Origin: an uncultured Gammaproteobacteria bacterium
Lineage (GTDB): Bacteria; Patescibacteriota; Patescibacteriia; Patescibacteriales; UBA12465
Direction of reading: 5' to 3'
DNA length: 64,000 nucleotides
Assembly: GCA_964483295.1 (NCBI GenBank)
Contig: CAZAAD010000001.1
Location: forward strand, 27,875-91,874
The stretch's first letter is position 1, and the number at the start of each line of letters is the position of its first letter. Under the pieces are notes generated by a model that was not told where the DNA came from, ran no database searches, and worked only from the letters and a program-made list of their open reading frames with translations. The translations under genes and the position numbers were made by a program. Shown piece by piece: positions 9,890-21,098 of this stretch.

Positions 9890-10483
9890 CTATTCTTGTA
9901 ATAATGATTCTGCGTAGCTCCAGTTAAATAAGTTCAGGCAAGCGGAAACAAAATCAGCGCGGCGATTTTGATAATCAAGATAATAAGCATGCTCCCAAAC
10001 ATCAACTGTTAATAATGGCTTAACCCCTAGCGTCAAAGGGTTGTCGGCATTAGCTGTTTTAATAATTTCTAAACCATTACTGCCCAAAACCAACCAAGTC
10101 CAGCCACTACCAAACTGAGTTAGAGCAATAGCCTTAAACTTTTCCTTAAATTCCTCTAAAGAACCGAAGGCAGCGTCAATCATCGCCTTCAGATGTTCGC
10201 TTAACTCATGATTAGACGGATTAGCCGTTAGGCTCTGCCAAAAAAAATCATGATTATAAACCTGGGCCGCATTATTAAAAATAGCAATTTTTGCAGAATC
10301 ACCATGGACATTCTTAATAATTTCGCTAAGTGTAAGATTTTCTAAATCGGTACCGGCTATAAGCTTATTAAGATTGTCAACATAGGTCTGATGATGCTTA
10401 CCGTAATGGAATTCTAAAGTACGAGCGGAGATATGTGGCTCAAGAGCGCTAAGCGCAAATGGCAAAGGCTTAAGTTCAAACAT
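9890..10483 (-). CDS. sodB: Superoxide dismutase, Fe-type signature
   Basis: HYGKHHQTYV, FNNAAQVYNH, QFGSGW, DVWEHAYYLDY. Confidence 0.93.
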   Translation of the reverse strand: MFELKPLPFALSALEPHISARTLEFHYGKHHQTYVDNLNKLIAGTDLENLTLSEIIKNVHGDSAKIAIFNNAAQVYNHDFFWQSLTANPSNHELSEHLKAMIDAAFGSLEEFKEKFKAIALTQFGSGWTWLVLGSNGLEIIKTANADNPLTLGVKPLLTVDVWEHAYYLDYQNRRADFVSACLNLFNWSYAESLLQE

Positions 10484-10533
10484 ATGTTTATAAATTAATT
10501 AATTAATAATGGGAACTATCTTATGATTATAAC

Positions 10534-10560
10534 AAAAAAACTGGCTCTAAGCCAGATTTT
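10534..10560. terminator. Probable terminator hairpin between the M48 gene and sod
   Basis: aaaa-ctggct..agccag-atttt. Confidence 0.5.
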
Positions 10561-10950
10561 TTATTGCAGCTTCAAAGCTTTAAGCCGACGTCTTCTTGCA
10601 CGATAATCAGGGACAGCTTGCGCTACTAACGACCAAAAAGCGGCTGAATGATTAAATTCCAGCAAATGACAAACTTCATGCACAATTACATAATCTGCTA
10701 AATCTGAATCAATCAAGGCTAGGCGATAATTGAAGTTTAGATTCCCTGCCTTAGAACAACTACCCCAACGCGTTCCTTGATTCCTAATACTAATACGCCC
10801 GACTTTGACATTATAAAATTTACTAAATTCTTCCAGGCGAGCATGGACTAATCTCCTGGCTTCCGGAGCATGCTCTTGATATCTTAATTTAGAGGCCTGG
10901 GTAATCCGGCGCCTTTTAGGCCGAGACCAGATTATTATCCGTTTAAACAT
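10561..10950 (-). CDS. M48/YgjP-like (DUF45) metallopeptidase
   Basis: IRNQGTRWGSCS, DYVIVHEVCHL, NHS..FW; start trimmed to MFKRII. Confidence 0.88.
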   Translation of the reverse strand: MFKRIIIWSRPKRRRITQASKLRYQEHAPEARRLVHARLEEFSKFYNVKVGRISIRNQGTRWGSCSKAGNLNFNYRLALIDSDLADYVIVHEVCHLLEFNHSAAFWSLVAQAVPDYRARRRRLKALKLQ

Positions 10951-11962
10951 GGCGGCGGCGCAACTGCCCACAAGCAGCCGAGATATCCGAGCCAAAGCTT
11001 AATCTAACGGTCACTGGAACACCCCTTCTCTCTAAGGCTTTGCGAAAATCTTCAATGGTTTCCCGAGAAGATGCTTGAAAACGTCCAGTTTCATTGTAAG
11101 GAATCAAATTTAACAAATAAAGCGGCTTATTCATTAAACCAGCTAAAATTTCCGCATCGTTTTCCGAGTCATTAACCCCTTTTATCATCAGATATTCAAA
11201 CATCACACGACGACCGGTTTTCCGGATATAGGCATCAACTGCTTTTAATAATTCCGCTAACGTCTGTTTTTCAGCAATGGGCATTAAGCGGCGACGGACA
11301 ACATCATTAGTAGCATGCAAAGAAATTGCTAAGTTAACCTGTAACTTCTCGCCGGCCAAACGTTTAATCCCTTCCAGAACTCCAGCCGTAGAAACCGAGA
11401 GACGACGGGCACCAATATTCATCGTTTCCGGATCATTAATAAACTTAACCGCCTTAATAAATTCTTGATAGTTTAAAAATGGTTCCCCCATGCCCATAAA
11501 AACAACATTATCAATCTTTTCCTCTTTACCCTGCGCCTTAAGAAAACGCTGCCAAAAAATTAGTTGTTCAACTATTTCCTCAGCGGCTAAATTACGTTTA
11601 AAACCAGATTCTCCGGTCGCACAAAAAGCGCAGTTGAGTGGGCAACCTACTTGGCTGGAAACACAAACCGTATGACGGACTTCCTTATCTTTTCCTTTTT
11701 GACGAATTAATACCGTTTCCACAATTTCACCGTCCTCTAAAGAAATAAGTGCCTTCTGACTGCCGCCATGATTATCTGAAGATAATACTTGAGACTTTAT
11801 TTCCAAGGGACAAGCAATTGCTAATTCCTCTCGTAAGGCTTTAGGTAAACTAGAAGCTTCATCCCAGGAAGAAATATAATCTTGATACAAAAAACGCTCA
11901 ACCTGCTTAAAGCGATAGCTCGGTTGCTTGGCGAGAACGCTAGATAACTTTTTTAAATTCAT
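10943..11962 (-). CDS. rlmN: 23S rRNA m2A2503 radical-SAM methyltransferase
   Basis: CVSSQVGCPLNCAFC, MGMGEP, AISLHA, AACGQL. Confidence 0.95.
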   Translation of the reverse strand: MNLKKLSSVLAKQPSYRFKQVERFLYQDYISSWDEASSLPKALREELAIACPLEIKSQVLSSDNHGGSQKALISLEDGEIVETVLIRQKGKDKEVRHTVCVSSQVGCPLNCAFCATGESGFKRNLAAEEIVEQLIFWQRFLKAQGKEEKIDNVVFMGMGEPFLNYQEFIKAVKFINDPETMNIGARRLSVSTAGVLEGIKRLAGEKLQVNLAISLHATNDVVRRRLMPIAEKQTLAELLKAVDAYIRKTGRRVMFEYLMIKGVNDSENDAEILAGLMNKPLYLLNLIPYNETGRFQASSRETIEDFRKALERRGVPVTVRLSFGSDISAACGQLRRRHV

Positions 11963-11978
11963 TTCCGTAATAATTTAA

Positions 11979-13088
11979 TTATAAAGCGAGCAGCTTAATC
12001 TTAACAATTTCACTGCGGCTCGAAGTGCGCAGCGGCGGTCCCCAGGTACCTAATCCACCATTAACTATTAAAGAAAAAGTGTCTTGTTGATATAAACCAT
12101 AGACATTTCCTTGATAGGCGAGACTGGCTAAAAAATTAAAAGGAAAAAGCTGACCGCGATGCGTATGACCAGAAAGCTGTAAATCAATACCTGCTTTAGC
12201 GGCTAACTCCGTATTTTTAGGCTCATGAAACAACAATAAACTAGGATGCCGGTCATTATAACCAACTTGTTCTAAAATAGTTTCATAAAGATCAAAGTCT
12301 TTATTAAAAGAATAATTAATGCCGATTATTTGTAGTCCATCAACTAATTCCATTTTATTATCAAGCACCGTCACTGGATTATCTTTCAATAATTCTTGAA
12401 CGCGATTAAAGCCAAGATAAAGATCGTGGTTGCCGAAAGAATAATAGATTCCTCTCGGAGCGCGTAATTTAGCAAAAGGTGTATTCATCCAAGAAAAATC
12501 AGACTCCATCCCATCAAACAGATCACCGGTAATAAAAACTGCCTCTGGCTTTAACTCGTTCACCTTGTCCATTATTCTAGCAAAATAGCGCTTGCGATAA
12601 ACCGGACCAAGATGGACATCGGAAATTTGCACGATTTCCTTTCCCTGCCAAGCTGAGGGCAAATCTTTAATTCTTACTTCGTATTCCTTAACTCTCGGAA
12701 AAAAAGCGCCAAACAAGCCATAGGCCGTCAAAGCGACTGTCAAAAAAATAGTTAAACTAGCAATTTGCCAATCCAGCAAAGGATAACCGGTCTTAATTAA
12801 AACATACTTAAGGATAAAAATAAACGCCGCTACTAACAAAAAATTAACCAAAACACCGATGCCAACGCCGGCAAGCATGTAATACCAGCGAGTTACCAAA
12901 TTATCAATTTTATGAATTAACAAAGAAGAGATGATGGCGCTCGCAAAAAGAGCAATCATCGCACTAGCCACAATAATTTTTGCCGTTACTGAAGTTAAAG
13001 CGAAAAGCTTAATCGCTGCCAAGCCCATTAAAAAATGGCCGAACAGTAGAACTAAAGCTGAGACCGCAAAAAATATTAATTGCATCAT
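11979..13088 (-). CDS. Membrane metallophosphoesterase (YkuE/YaeI-like)
   Basis: N-terminal TM helices; SDVH, GDLFD, GNHD, HEP, GHTH, WGPP. Confidence 0.9.
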   Translation of the reverse strand: MMQLIFFAVSALVLLFGHFLMGLAAIKLFALTSVTAKIIVASAMIALFASAIISSLLIHKIDNLVTRWYYMLAGVGIGVLVNFLLVAAFIFILKYVLIKTGYPLLDWQIASLTIFLTVALTAYGLFGAFFPRVKEYEVRIKDLPSAWQGKEIVQISDVHLGPVYRKRYFARIMDKVNELKPEAVFITGDLFDGMESDFSWMNTPFAKLRAPRGIYYSFGNHDLYLGFNRVQELLKDNPVTVLDNKMELVDGLQIIGINYSFNKDFDLYETILEQVGYNDRHPSLLLFHEPKNTELAAKAGIDLQLSGHTHRGQLFPFNFLASLAYQGNVYGLYQQDTFSLIVNGGLGTWGPPLRTSSRSEIVKIKLLAL

Positions 13089-14371
13089 ATATTAAAAGGA
13101 AATTTAGAAAATATTGCTTTATCTCCTAATTCAAAAGCTATTTCCATTAAACGATTATATTTAGCTGTTCGTTCTGATCGGGCAGGTGCACCAGTTTTTA
13201 TTTGACCAGTTCCCATCGCTACCGCCAAATCAGCGATAAAAGCATCTTCCGTTTCGCCGCTCCGATGAGAAATAACAGAAGATAAGCCGTGGTGACGAGC
13301 TAGTAAAATAGCTTCAACCGTTTCCGTCAAAGTGCCAATTTGGTTAAGTTTAATCAGGATTGAATTGCTAGCCTGTTCAGTAATACCTTGCTGTAAGCGC
13401 GCAACATTAGTCACATAAAGATCGTCACCCACCACTTGCACGGCGCCTTTATTTTTTAACATGAAATTCTTAAAACCATTCCAATCATCCTCAGCAAAGA
13501 TATCCTCTAAAGAATGGATAGGAAATTCGGCTTGCAGACCAGCGTAAAATTCGGCCAGTTGCGTGCTATCAACTTCCCGACCTTCTTTATTTAAATGATA
13601 TTTTCCATCTTGATAAAACTCAGTGGCTGCGGCATCAATACCAAAAATAATATCAGTGCCTAAATTATAGCCAGCCGCCGTTACCGCCTTGGCCATTAAT
13701 TCAAAAGCTTCACGATTACTTTTGACCGCTGGAGCAAAGCCACCCTCATCACCAACAGCGATTCCGTAACCAGCTGACTTTAGAGTTTTCTTAAGAGACT
13801 GATAAATTTCCGCACACATTCTCACCGCCGTAGCCATATCCTTAGCGCCAACCGGTAAAATCATATATTCCTGAATGTCAGTCGCCCAATCAGCGTGTTT
13901 ACCGCCATTTAAAATGTTCATCATCGGCAGAGGCAAATAATAGGAACCATTAAAATCAGGATTCAACTTGGCGAGGTATTGATATAAAGGAATATTTAAA
14001 CCCGCTGCTGCTGCGCGCGCGCAAGCCAAAGAAACTGCTAAAATAGCATTGGCGCCTAATTTAGCTTTATTATCAGTGCCATCAAGATTAAGCATTAACC
14101 TATCTAAACCAGCTTGATCTTCTGGATTAAAACCAATAAGCGCCGGGGCGATAATATTCTCAATATTTGCTAGCGCCTGTAAAACACCGGCTCCACCATA
14201 ACGTGATTTATCACCATCGCGTAATTCCACTGCCTCATAACTGCCAGTTGAAGCACCACTAGGCACAAGCGCCTGTCCACTAGCGCCATTATCAAGGACC
14301 ACCTTCGCAGCCACTGTCGGATTTCCTCTTGAGTCTAAAACTTCACGAGCAATAATAGAGATTATTTTCAT
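13085..14371 (-). CDS. eno: Enolase
   Basis: [48 protein letters not shown]; start trimmed to MKIISI. Confidence 0.97.
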   Translation of the reverse strand: MKIISIIAREVLDSRGNPTVAAKVVLDNGASGQALVPSGASTGSYEAVELRDGDKSRYGGAGVLQALANIENIIAPALIGFNPEDQAGLDRLMLNLDGTDNKAKLGANAILAVSLACARAAAAGLNIPLYQYLAKLNPDFNGSYYLPLPMMNILNGGKHADWATDIQEYMILPVGAKDMATAVRMCAEIYQSLKKTLKSAGYGIAVGDEGGFAPAVKSNREAFELMAKAVTAAGYNLGTDIIFGIDAAATEFYQDGKYHLNKEGREVDSTQLAEFYAGLQAEFPIHSLEDIFAEDDWNGFKNFMLKNKGAVQVVGDDLYVTNVARLQQGITEQASNSILIKLNQIGTLTETVEAILLARHHGLSSVISHRSGETEDAFIADLAVAMGTGQIKTGAPARSERTAKYNRLMEIAFELGDKAIFSKFPFNI

Positions 14372-14396
14372 AAACTTAAATAATAATAAAAATAGA

Positions 14397-15422
14397 CTAG
14401 ATAGCCAGACAAGCTTTAGTAATGTAGCGCTCAGTCCTATCAATTACTTTTTTTAACATTCTAACAGCGGCTAAGGCATGGTCACCAACAGCTGTTTCAT
14501 CAGACAACATAACTACGTCACCACCATCCATTACGGCATTAGCGATATCGCTTACCTCGGCTCTGGTTGGACTAGGATTTTTAATCATTGAGGTCATAAC
14601 TTGTGTGGCGATAATTGTCGGCGTCTTGTGCCAATGTGCATGTCTAATCAAATTCTTCTGCACAATTGGCAATTCCTCAATCGGGGTTTCAATGCCTAAA
14701 TCACCACGAGCAATCATAATTACATCAGACACAACAATAATTCTATCAATATTTTTTAAAGCAATCCCTCGCTCAATTTTAGAAACAACTTTAACGTTTG
14801 ATTTTTTCCCTAACAACTTCTTTAACTTAATAACATCTGTAGCAGTTTGTACAAAAGAAAGACCGACATATTCCATGCCCGCTTTTAAACCAAACTTAAC
14901 ATCCTTAATATCTTTAGGGGTTAAACCGCCCTTGCGCATATTAGTATCAGGCACATTAATTCCTTTATTAGACGTAAGCACACCGCCATGAATAACTTCA
15001 GCGGTAATCATCTTCCCTTTTACCTGCTTCACCGTTAGAGCAATTTCGCCGTTGCACAAAAATAAAGGTTGGCTCTTTTTAATATCTTTATACAATTCAG
15101 AACTATCAATTGGAATTGGGCCGCCAACTTTATAAGGTAATTTGGAATAAATAAAATTATAAACTTCGCCATCCTGCATAATAATTCCTTCAGCCGGCAT
15201 CTTGCCGACACGAATACGAGGACCCTGCAAATCAAGCAGCATAGCTACTTGGCGATTTTCCTGTTTATTAAAATCGGCGATTGTTTTTCTGATTTTTTTA
15301 TACTGTTCCTGGCTAGCATGCGAAAAGTTAACTCGCACAATGTCTACCCCTGCTTTAAGCAAACTGACAAGCATTTCTGAATTTTCACTTTTTGGTCCAA
15401 TAGTGGCAATAATTTTGGTCAT
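14397..15422 (-). CDS. pyk: Pyruvate kinase, short form lacking the C domain
   Basis: [47 protein letters not shown]; ends right after the A domain. Confidence 0.93.
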   Translation of the reverse strand: MTKIIATIGPKSENSEMLVSLLKAGVDIVRVNFSHASQEQYKKIRKTIADFNKQENRQVAMLLDLQGPRIRVGKMPAEGIIMQDGEVYNFIYSKLPYKVGGPIPIDSSELYKDIKKSQPLFLCNGEIALTVKQVKGKMITAEVIHGGVLTSNKGINVPDTNMRKGGLTPKDIKDVKFGLKAGMEYVGLSFVQTATDVIKLKKLLGKKSNVKVVSKIERGIALKNIDRIIVVSDVIMIARGDLGIETPIEELPIVQKNLIRHAHWHKTPTIIATQVMTSMIKNPSPTRAEVSDIANAVMDGGDVVMLSDETAVGDHALAAVRMLKKVIDRTERYITKACLAI

Positions 15423-15487
15423 AGTAAATGTAATATAAAGTCGCCAATAAATTTCGCGACGAAAGTAGTATAAAGCAATTAAAGCTT

Positions 15488-16591
15488 TTAATCAAGGTTT
15501 TTTAATAATTTTTGGTAGAATTCCAGGTTATTTAAACTAGCTAAGCGTTGCCCCAGAGATTCATTAAGGCGAAACAAATGGTGCAAATAGGCTCGAGAAT
15601 GCGATTTTACGTCCAAAATATCGCTATTTTTATTAATTGACTTAAAATCTCTAATAAATTTAGCATTAGCTATATTGATAGTTTCGTAACTTGGTAGCTT
15701 TTTAGCCAAAAACAACTTGCCATGGCGACCTTCTCTAGTAGGAATAACACAATCAAACATATCCCAGCCTAAACGAGCACAGCGTTTAATATCTTCTGGA
15801 GTGCCAATGCCTAAGGCAAACCGCAAGGCATCATCAGGTATAAAACTAGCCGTTTTTTCAAGAACCTCTTCTAAAAAATTACCATCTTTATCAACCGGAC
15901 GAGCACCGAAACCGTAACCATCAAAACCAATTTCTACTAACGCTTGCGCACACTGGGCGCGCAAATCAAGCTCCGCCCCACCTTGAATAACACTAAAAAG
16001 AAGCGGGCGCTTAACACCGGATAAACGACGCTTTTTAATTTGACGTAGGTATTCAACTTTACAGCGCTTTGCCCACGCGATTGTTCTAGTAACGGCTTTT
16101 TCTAAATCAACGCGCGAAAAATCATTAGGAGGACAATCATCCAAGCAAACCATCATATCCACTCCTAAATCAAATTGTATTTGGATGGACTTTTCTGGAG
16201 TTAAGTCATGCCAAGAGCCATCAAGCGGCGATTTAAAAGTGACTTTCTCATCACTAATGCGCCCCATTTGTTTACTCTTATGAATTAAAGAAAAAACTTG
16301 AAAACCACCAGAATCTGATAATATCGGCCCCGACCAGCCAGAAAACTCATGAATCCCGCCGGCTTTTTTAATCGTTTCCAGGCCAGGCTGTAAATAAAGA
16401 TGAAAGGTGTTAACGACCAAAGCCTTGGTACCAGTTTTTTTAACATCCGCTGGCGAGGCAAGCTTAATAAAGCCACGAGTAGCGTCCGGCATGAAAAACG
16501 GCGTTTCTAAAACACCATGAGCAGTTCGTAATTTACCGTGACGGACACCACGCCGACTCGTATTAATTAATTTAAATAGTTTATCATTCAT
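15488..16591 (-). CDS. tgt: tRNA-guanine transglycosylase (Zn ligands absent)
   Basis: ETPFFMP, NTFHL, DSGGFQVFSL, QGG, DMFDCV, SRAYLHHL. Confidence 0.93.
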   Translation of the reverse strand: MNDKLFKLINTSRRGVRHGKLRTAHGVLETPFFMPDATRGFIKLASPADVKKTGTKALVVNTFHLYLQPGLETIKKAGGIHEFSGWSGPILSDSGGFQVFSLIHKSKQMGRISDEKVTFKSPLDGSWHDLTPEKSIQIQFDLGVDMMVCLDDCPPNDFSRVDLEKAVTRTIAWAKRCKVEYLRQIKKRRLSGVKRPLLFSVIQGGAELDLRAQCAQALVEIGFDGYGFGARPVDKDGNFLEEVLEKTASFIPDDALRFALGIGTPEDIKRCARLGWDMFDCVIPTREGRHGKLFLAKKLPSYETINIANAKFIRDFKSINKNSDILDVKSHSRAYLHHLFRLNESLGQRLASLNNLEFYQKLLKNLD

Positions 16592-16596
16592 ACGAC

Positions 16597-18570
16597 TTAT
16601 TCAATGCGGCCGGAATTATTTAAGCTAGCAATATCATCATCTTCAAGCTTGGTCGTCTTAGGTTCTGACTTAGCGTTAATAATCGCCTGTGTTTCATTAT
16701 CAGTGGCCGACACTGAGGCACCGGGAGATAAAACTAAAATTTTATTTAAGTCATTTTCTGATGGTGTAAGAGAAATAGAAAAAGCAGCATCGACTTGATA
16801 GACAGAAACTGGCAAGCGACCAATATTCCAAATGACGGCGTGACGATTGCTATCATAGAATAATTCACCGACAGTCTTCTGTTCATTACCTGACCAAGAA
16901 ACATATCTAGGCAAATTAAGAACTACTTCCGTCTGACTTAACTCATGAATATTATTTTTAACCGTCCAATAAACTCGGAAATTACTAGTTTCATTAACTT
17001 TAGGCGGTAAAGGACCAGAGCCAACCGGTGCATTATCATCGTCAAAGTATCTAATTTTTTCAACGAGTGACAAGTCGCTATTTAATTTACTAACAATATT
17101 ATTACTGCGGTTACCTTCAGTAGTTGCTTCTTGTCCACCAGCGCCATATTGAGCATAACTGGAAACCTCTAAAGATCGCTCAAAATATTCATCACTATAA
17201 TTCCTCAAGTCTATAGAAAAATTTATTTCCCCTTCGTCTCCCGGTTTTAGCTCAGCTAAAGCTGGGATTGCTTGTTTATTCCAAACAATCATTTTATTAT
17301 TTCTATTCTCCCCCACGATGCCCATTTGCAAAGTGCTCCAATCAAACAGAAAGCCATCCAAAACAGCCATTAAAACAACGTCCTTTAAAGTATTAATGCC
17401 TTTATTGCTGTAATTTAAAGTATAATTTAAAGTACTACCAAAACTAGCGGGCTGACTATTTTTTGAACCGCTTAAAAAAAGCGAAAGATTAAGATCACTT
17501 TTAACAATTTCCGGCGTGATAATTTTTTCAAAAAAGGTGTACGCCTGTCCATCAGGTAAACGCTTTTCTAAGCGGATGGTTATTTCGGAAGATTGCACAC
17601 CATCTTTAATTTGGTAAAGAAAATCAAATTTGCTCGCTGGCACACCAGCCGCTAAACCTGAGATTAACCAAGTGTTGAAACCGTCGGGAGTAATAAGTAA
17701 CGTGCTTGATGCTAAATCTTTTTCTTCAGATAGTTTAATTGTCACCTGCTCGGGAGCAATAAAGCGTAAAATAAAATCATTGAGTTTATTATCCTCAACA
17801 TCAAAAAAGGAAATACTAATTTCATTATCCTGATTGATAAACGCTAAATCAGAAGTTTCAATGGCTGTTTGAAAACCAGCACCCTTAACTGAAATTGCCC
17901 GGGAAGATTCTTTTTTAAATTCACTAGAAAAATTTACCGGCACATAACTCAAGCGCGCTGATACCGCCTGAACGGTCCCCTGAGGCGCAATAATTTGGCC
18001 CTTAACTTCCAAAACACCACGAGCACCAGCCGGCAGACCCTCTAAAGAAAAACTATTTGTCCCACTAACCGGCGCCGGCACCGCGCTAGAAAAAATAAAA
18101 TTTTCTGGATATTTTACTTCGAGACGAACTTTAGAAATTGAAAATTTAGTAGGATTAAAATACTGAATTTGATAAGTAAACTCTTCGCCTGCTAAAACTT
18201 GCTCCGGAGCACTAATAGATAATTTAACAGCTGCCATGTCATTTTCTCCAGAAAAAAATTGCAAATAAGTAAAATAAGCAGCTAACAAAATAATAGTTAA
18301 CCAAAAAAGACGCTTAAACACTCTCACAATAATATTACCTCCCTGCTGTTTACGCATCCGACTAACATCAACCAGTCCACCTTTTTTGTCTTGATATATC
18401 TCTTTAAGATTAGAGTCAATCTCTTTGTGTCGCAGTTCTCTGTCAACCACTCGCTCAAAGCTATCAACTTCTTTTTCTGTTGGCACAGGACGCTCCACAA
18501 AAGCCGATAAACCAGAATTTTTCTCTTTATCAACATGAATCATTTTTTTAATTTTTCTCACTTCTCTCAT
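16597..18570 (-). CDS. Single-pass membrane protein with Ig-like (DUF11-like) beta domains
   Basis: One TM, then repeated Y-x-I/L-x-Y-x-N beta modules; GSGPLPPKV. Confidence 0.65.
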   Translation of the reverse strand: MREVRKIKKMIHVDKEKNSGLSAFVERPVPTEKEVDSFERVVDRELRHKEIDSNLKEIYQDKKGGLVDVSRMRKQQGGNIIVRVFKRLFWLTIILLAAYFTYLQFFSGENDMAAVKLSISAPEQVLAGEEFTYQIQYFNPTKFSISKVRLEVKYPENFIFSSAVPAPVSGTNSFSLEGLPAGARGVLEVKGQIIAPQGTVQAVSARLSYVPVNFSSEFKKESSRAISVKGAGFQTAIETSDLAFINQDNEISISFFDVEDNKLNDFILRFIAPEQVTIKLSEEKDLASSTLLITPDGFNTWLISGLAAGVPASKFDFLYQIKDGVQSSEITIRLEKRLPDGQAYTFFEKIITPEIVKSDLNLSLFLSGSKNSQPASFGSTLNYTLNYSNKGINTLKDVVLMAVLDGFLFDWSTLQMGIVGENRNNKMIVWNKQAIPALAELKPGDEGEINFSIDLRNYSDEYFERSLEVSSYAQYGAGGQEATTEGNRSNNIVSKLNSDLSLVEKIRYFDDDNAPVGSGPLPPKVNETSNFRVYWTVKNNIHELSQTEVVLNLPRYVSWSGNEQKTVGELFYDSNRHAVIWNIGRLPVSVYQVDAAFSISLTPSENDLNKILVLSPGASVSATDNETQAIINAKSEPKTTKLEDDDIASLNNSGRIE

Positions 18571-18602
18571 ATAAGTTGCTTAACTATATTATCGACTAAC
18601 AA

Positions 18603-21089
18603 TTATTTACCAAGCAGAACAGAAATATATTTATCAGCCCCAATTTCGCCAGTATAAGACCAACCATTTTGCCAAGCTAAGGATTTGGGATGTTGCCAGC
18701 GAACTTCTAATCCGGCTGGTGCCTTTAACACACTGGAGAAGAGACTGGGCTTTGCCCCGGGCTGCTTTTGAACTAACAAAGAATATGGATACAACGTTTT
18801 ACTTTCAGGATTCAATAAACTATTAAGTTTATCCAAAAAACCATCACGCGCTAAAGACCGAAAGAAATTAAAAGGCAACTCATAAACAAAAGTAATTTCC
18901 GCTGTTTGCCCCGGATCAGTCATTACCCAGCCAGCAAAAACCGTTTTATCATGCTCGGTATAAATTTTTGCCCCACTCAAAGGGTCAGTTAAAGCTAATT
19001 TTTCTTCAGCCAAAAACTGGCTATCAAGCCAAGAAGGGTCTGGTTCTTCAAAATATTCAGCATCAGGCCTAGAAAAGCCCGAAGCTGAAATTAAACGACT
19101 GCCGGCCGGAACATAAACGCGCAACCAATTAACATTTCTTACTCCGGTCAAAGCTTCATTCTTAATGCCCGTGTGCCCGCGATAAATCTTGACCGTATTA
19201 ATAATTCTGCCATCAGGACTAACGGTTGATACGTGCTCAATCTTTTCCTCCATTTTCCTGTCAGATTTTTGACCAGCAATATTAGTATTAACAACTAATA
19301 AATAATCATTCTCAACCGGTTTGACCTCACCGGCCCAATTGCGCTTACTGGCTTCGGCCTGTAAAACAGGATCAGTAAAATAGAAAAGAATCTGTTTCTC
19401 GGCTAAGTTATTTTCAAACAAAGAAACTATTTTAATTAAATTAGTCTTATCAAGTTTCTCGGGGAGAATTTCAAGAATACGGGCCATTAAATCACCAATA
19501 ATCTTCTTTGGTTTATTATCTGGATTATTGAGAAGATCTTGTTCAAGAGGAATGGTCGCCTCAATCGCCCCTAGTGATTCCTTGAAATTGACTACTGTCT
19601 CCGGATGAGTTTGTTCTAAATTTTTGCGCTCTACTATTTTTTGGGTGGTTTCCCAAAAATTATTACTATCAATTACTACGCCATATTCAGCGGTCATATC
19701 AATCGGTCCAGTAATCTCCAATAAACTCTCAACTACGGTTGGCGTTAAGCTAATTACACCATCAACCGTTGGCCCACCACTCTTATCATAGAACCACATT
19801 AAGTTTTTAGCCGTCTTAGGCCAGTCCGGCCACCAATTAGCATCCCAGAAGTGCCAGAGCGGATTAACTAGCCATAATGGTTCTGGCGCTTTAACATTAA
19901 CAGTCATCCCGCCCTCAGTGTCATAAGAACCACCAGCCGGAACTTCTAAATTTTTAATCTTACCCTTAGAGACATCAAGCAAGGCATAGCTTCCTAAAAA
20001 TCCACCCGAAGCGCGCAGTTCAGCATTATTTTGAAAAACCAAAAGATAGCGTTTGTCCCGACTTTTGCCTAAAAGATCTTTAGCTTTTTTTGCCGAAGAC
20101 ACAAAACTATCCAAACTAGAGCTAACCGAGGCTGCTTGTCCTGACATGGCCACAAATTGCGCCCGATATTCGGTTGGTAAATTATTTGGATTAATACTAT
20201 TTATAATTTTTTCTAACTCCTTGGCATCTGCTACGGCCGCTTCACCATAAATAGAAAAACTCTCTAAAGCAGCCACAAAACTCTCATCTTTTGTATGATT
20301 AAAAAGACTATCAGTAGCTAAAACTAAATTTCTGCCGAGTGAGGCACTTAAAGCGCCGGCAGCCAAAAACTTCTTACTTTCCGCGGCTAATTTTAATTTT
20401 GGGTCGTTTGATAAAGAAGCTAAAAAAAGCAAAGAGTCACCGATGGAACCTAAATCATCTTTAGCTGACAAGAAGCCGCTACTGGCCTCAGAAAAAGCTT
20501 GACTAGCTTCTTGAAAATCTAAAGCTGCCGCCGAATCAACCGCGGTCATCATTTGTCCAAGCGCTGCTTTTGACTGCGCCATTACCTTCTCTTCGAGGCT
20601 ACTGATATCTAGAATGTCTAGCTGCGATAAAAGTTTTAAAGGTATTACTAAAAATAACAAAATTAAAGAAAAGGTTAAAAGCGAACGATACCAAGCCGCT
20701 TCCCGCTCAGCTTTAGCCAACTTTCTTTTCATGGCCGGGTGAAAACGAGAACTAAGGACGCGCTGTTGCCAACGCACCGCTCGCCGCCAAGCAGATTTTT
20801 TCCGCCAAAAAACTAAGGTTTTATTCCAAAATTTATTTTTATTTTTTTTCTCAGGTAAATGCAAACTTAAGTGAAACTTATTCCTGCTCACCCGAGCTTC
20901 TAATCTTGGCGCCATTATATTTTTCAGGGGTGATAAAAATTCAGCCCAAGAAAATTTCTTATTATTTTTTGACGCTTCTTCTTTTTCTGATTTTAAGGCA
21001 GCTGCTCGTAAGTCAACCACAAAACTCGAGTATTGATTTCGATTTAAGTTGCCTATTCGATTGTGCTGTTTATTTCTATTCATGACCAA
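18603..21089 (-). CDS. DUF4012-like membrane protein
   Basis: YLLVFQNNAELRASGGF, DANWWPDWP, VDGVI, NIAGQKSD, QKQPG. Confidence 0.85.
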   Translation of the reverse strand: MVMNRNKQHNRIGNLNRNQYSSFVVDLRAAALKSEKEEASKNNKKFSWAEFLSPLKNIMAPRLEARVSRNKFHLSLHLPEKKNKNKFWNKTLVFWRKKSAWRRAVRWQQRVLSSRFHPAMKRKLAKAEREAAWYRSLLTFSLILLFLVIPLKLLSQLDILDISSLEEKVMAQSKAALGQMMTAVDSAAALDFQEASQAFSEASSGFLSAKDDLGSIGDSLLFLASLSNDPKLKLAAESKKFLAAGALSASLGRNLVLATDSLFNHTKDESFVAALESFSIYGEAAVADAKELEKIINSINPNNLPTEYRAQFVAMSGQAASVSSSLDSFVSSAKKAKDLLGKSRDKRYLLVFQNNAELRASGGFLGSYALLDVSKGKIKNLEVPAGGSYDTEGGMTVNVKAPEPLWLVNPLWHFWDANWWPDWPKTAKNLMWFYDKSGGPTVDGVISLTPTVVESLLEITGPIDMTAEYGVVIDSNNFWETTQKIVERKNLEQTHPETVVNFKESLGAIEATIPLEQDLLNNPDNKPKKIIGDLMARILEILPEKLDKTNLIKIVSLFENNLAEKQILFYFTDPVLQAEASKRNWAGEVKPVENDYLLVVNTNIAGQKSDRKMEEKIEHVSTVSPDGRIINTVKIYRGHTGIKNEALTGVRNVNWLRVYVPAGSRLISASGFSRPDAEYFEEPDPSWLDSQFLAEEKLALTDPLSGAKIYTEHDKTVFAGWVMTDPGQTAEITFVYELPFNFFRSLARDGFLDKLNSLLNPESKTLYPYSLLVQKQPGAKPSLFSSVLKAPAGLEVRWQHPKSLAWQNGWSYTGEIGADKYISVLLGK

Positions 21090-21098
21090 CGATATTTA

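Noticed and set aside
10791-10820. Third taatacgc match to the ECF -10 box
   Set aside because: Inside a CDS and lacks TGAAGAAA at the required spacing.
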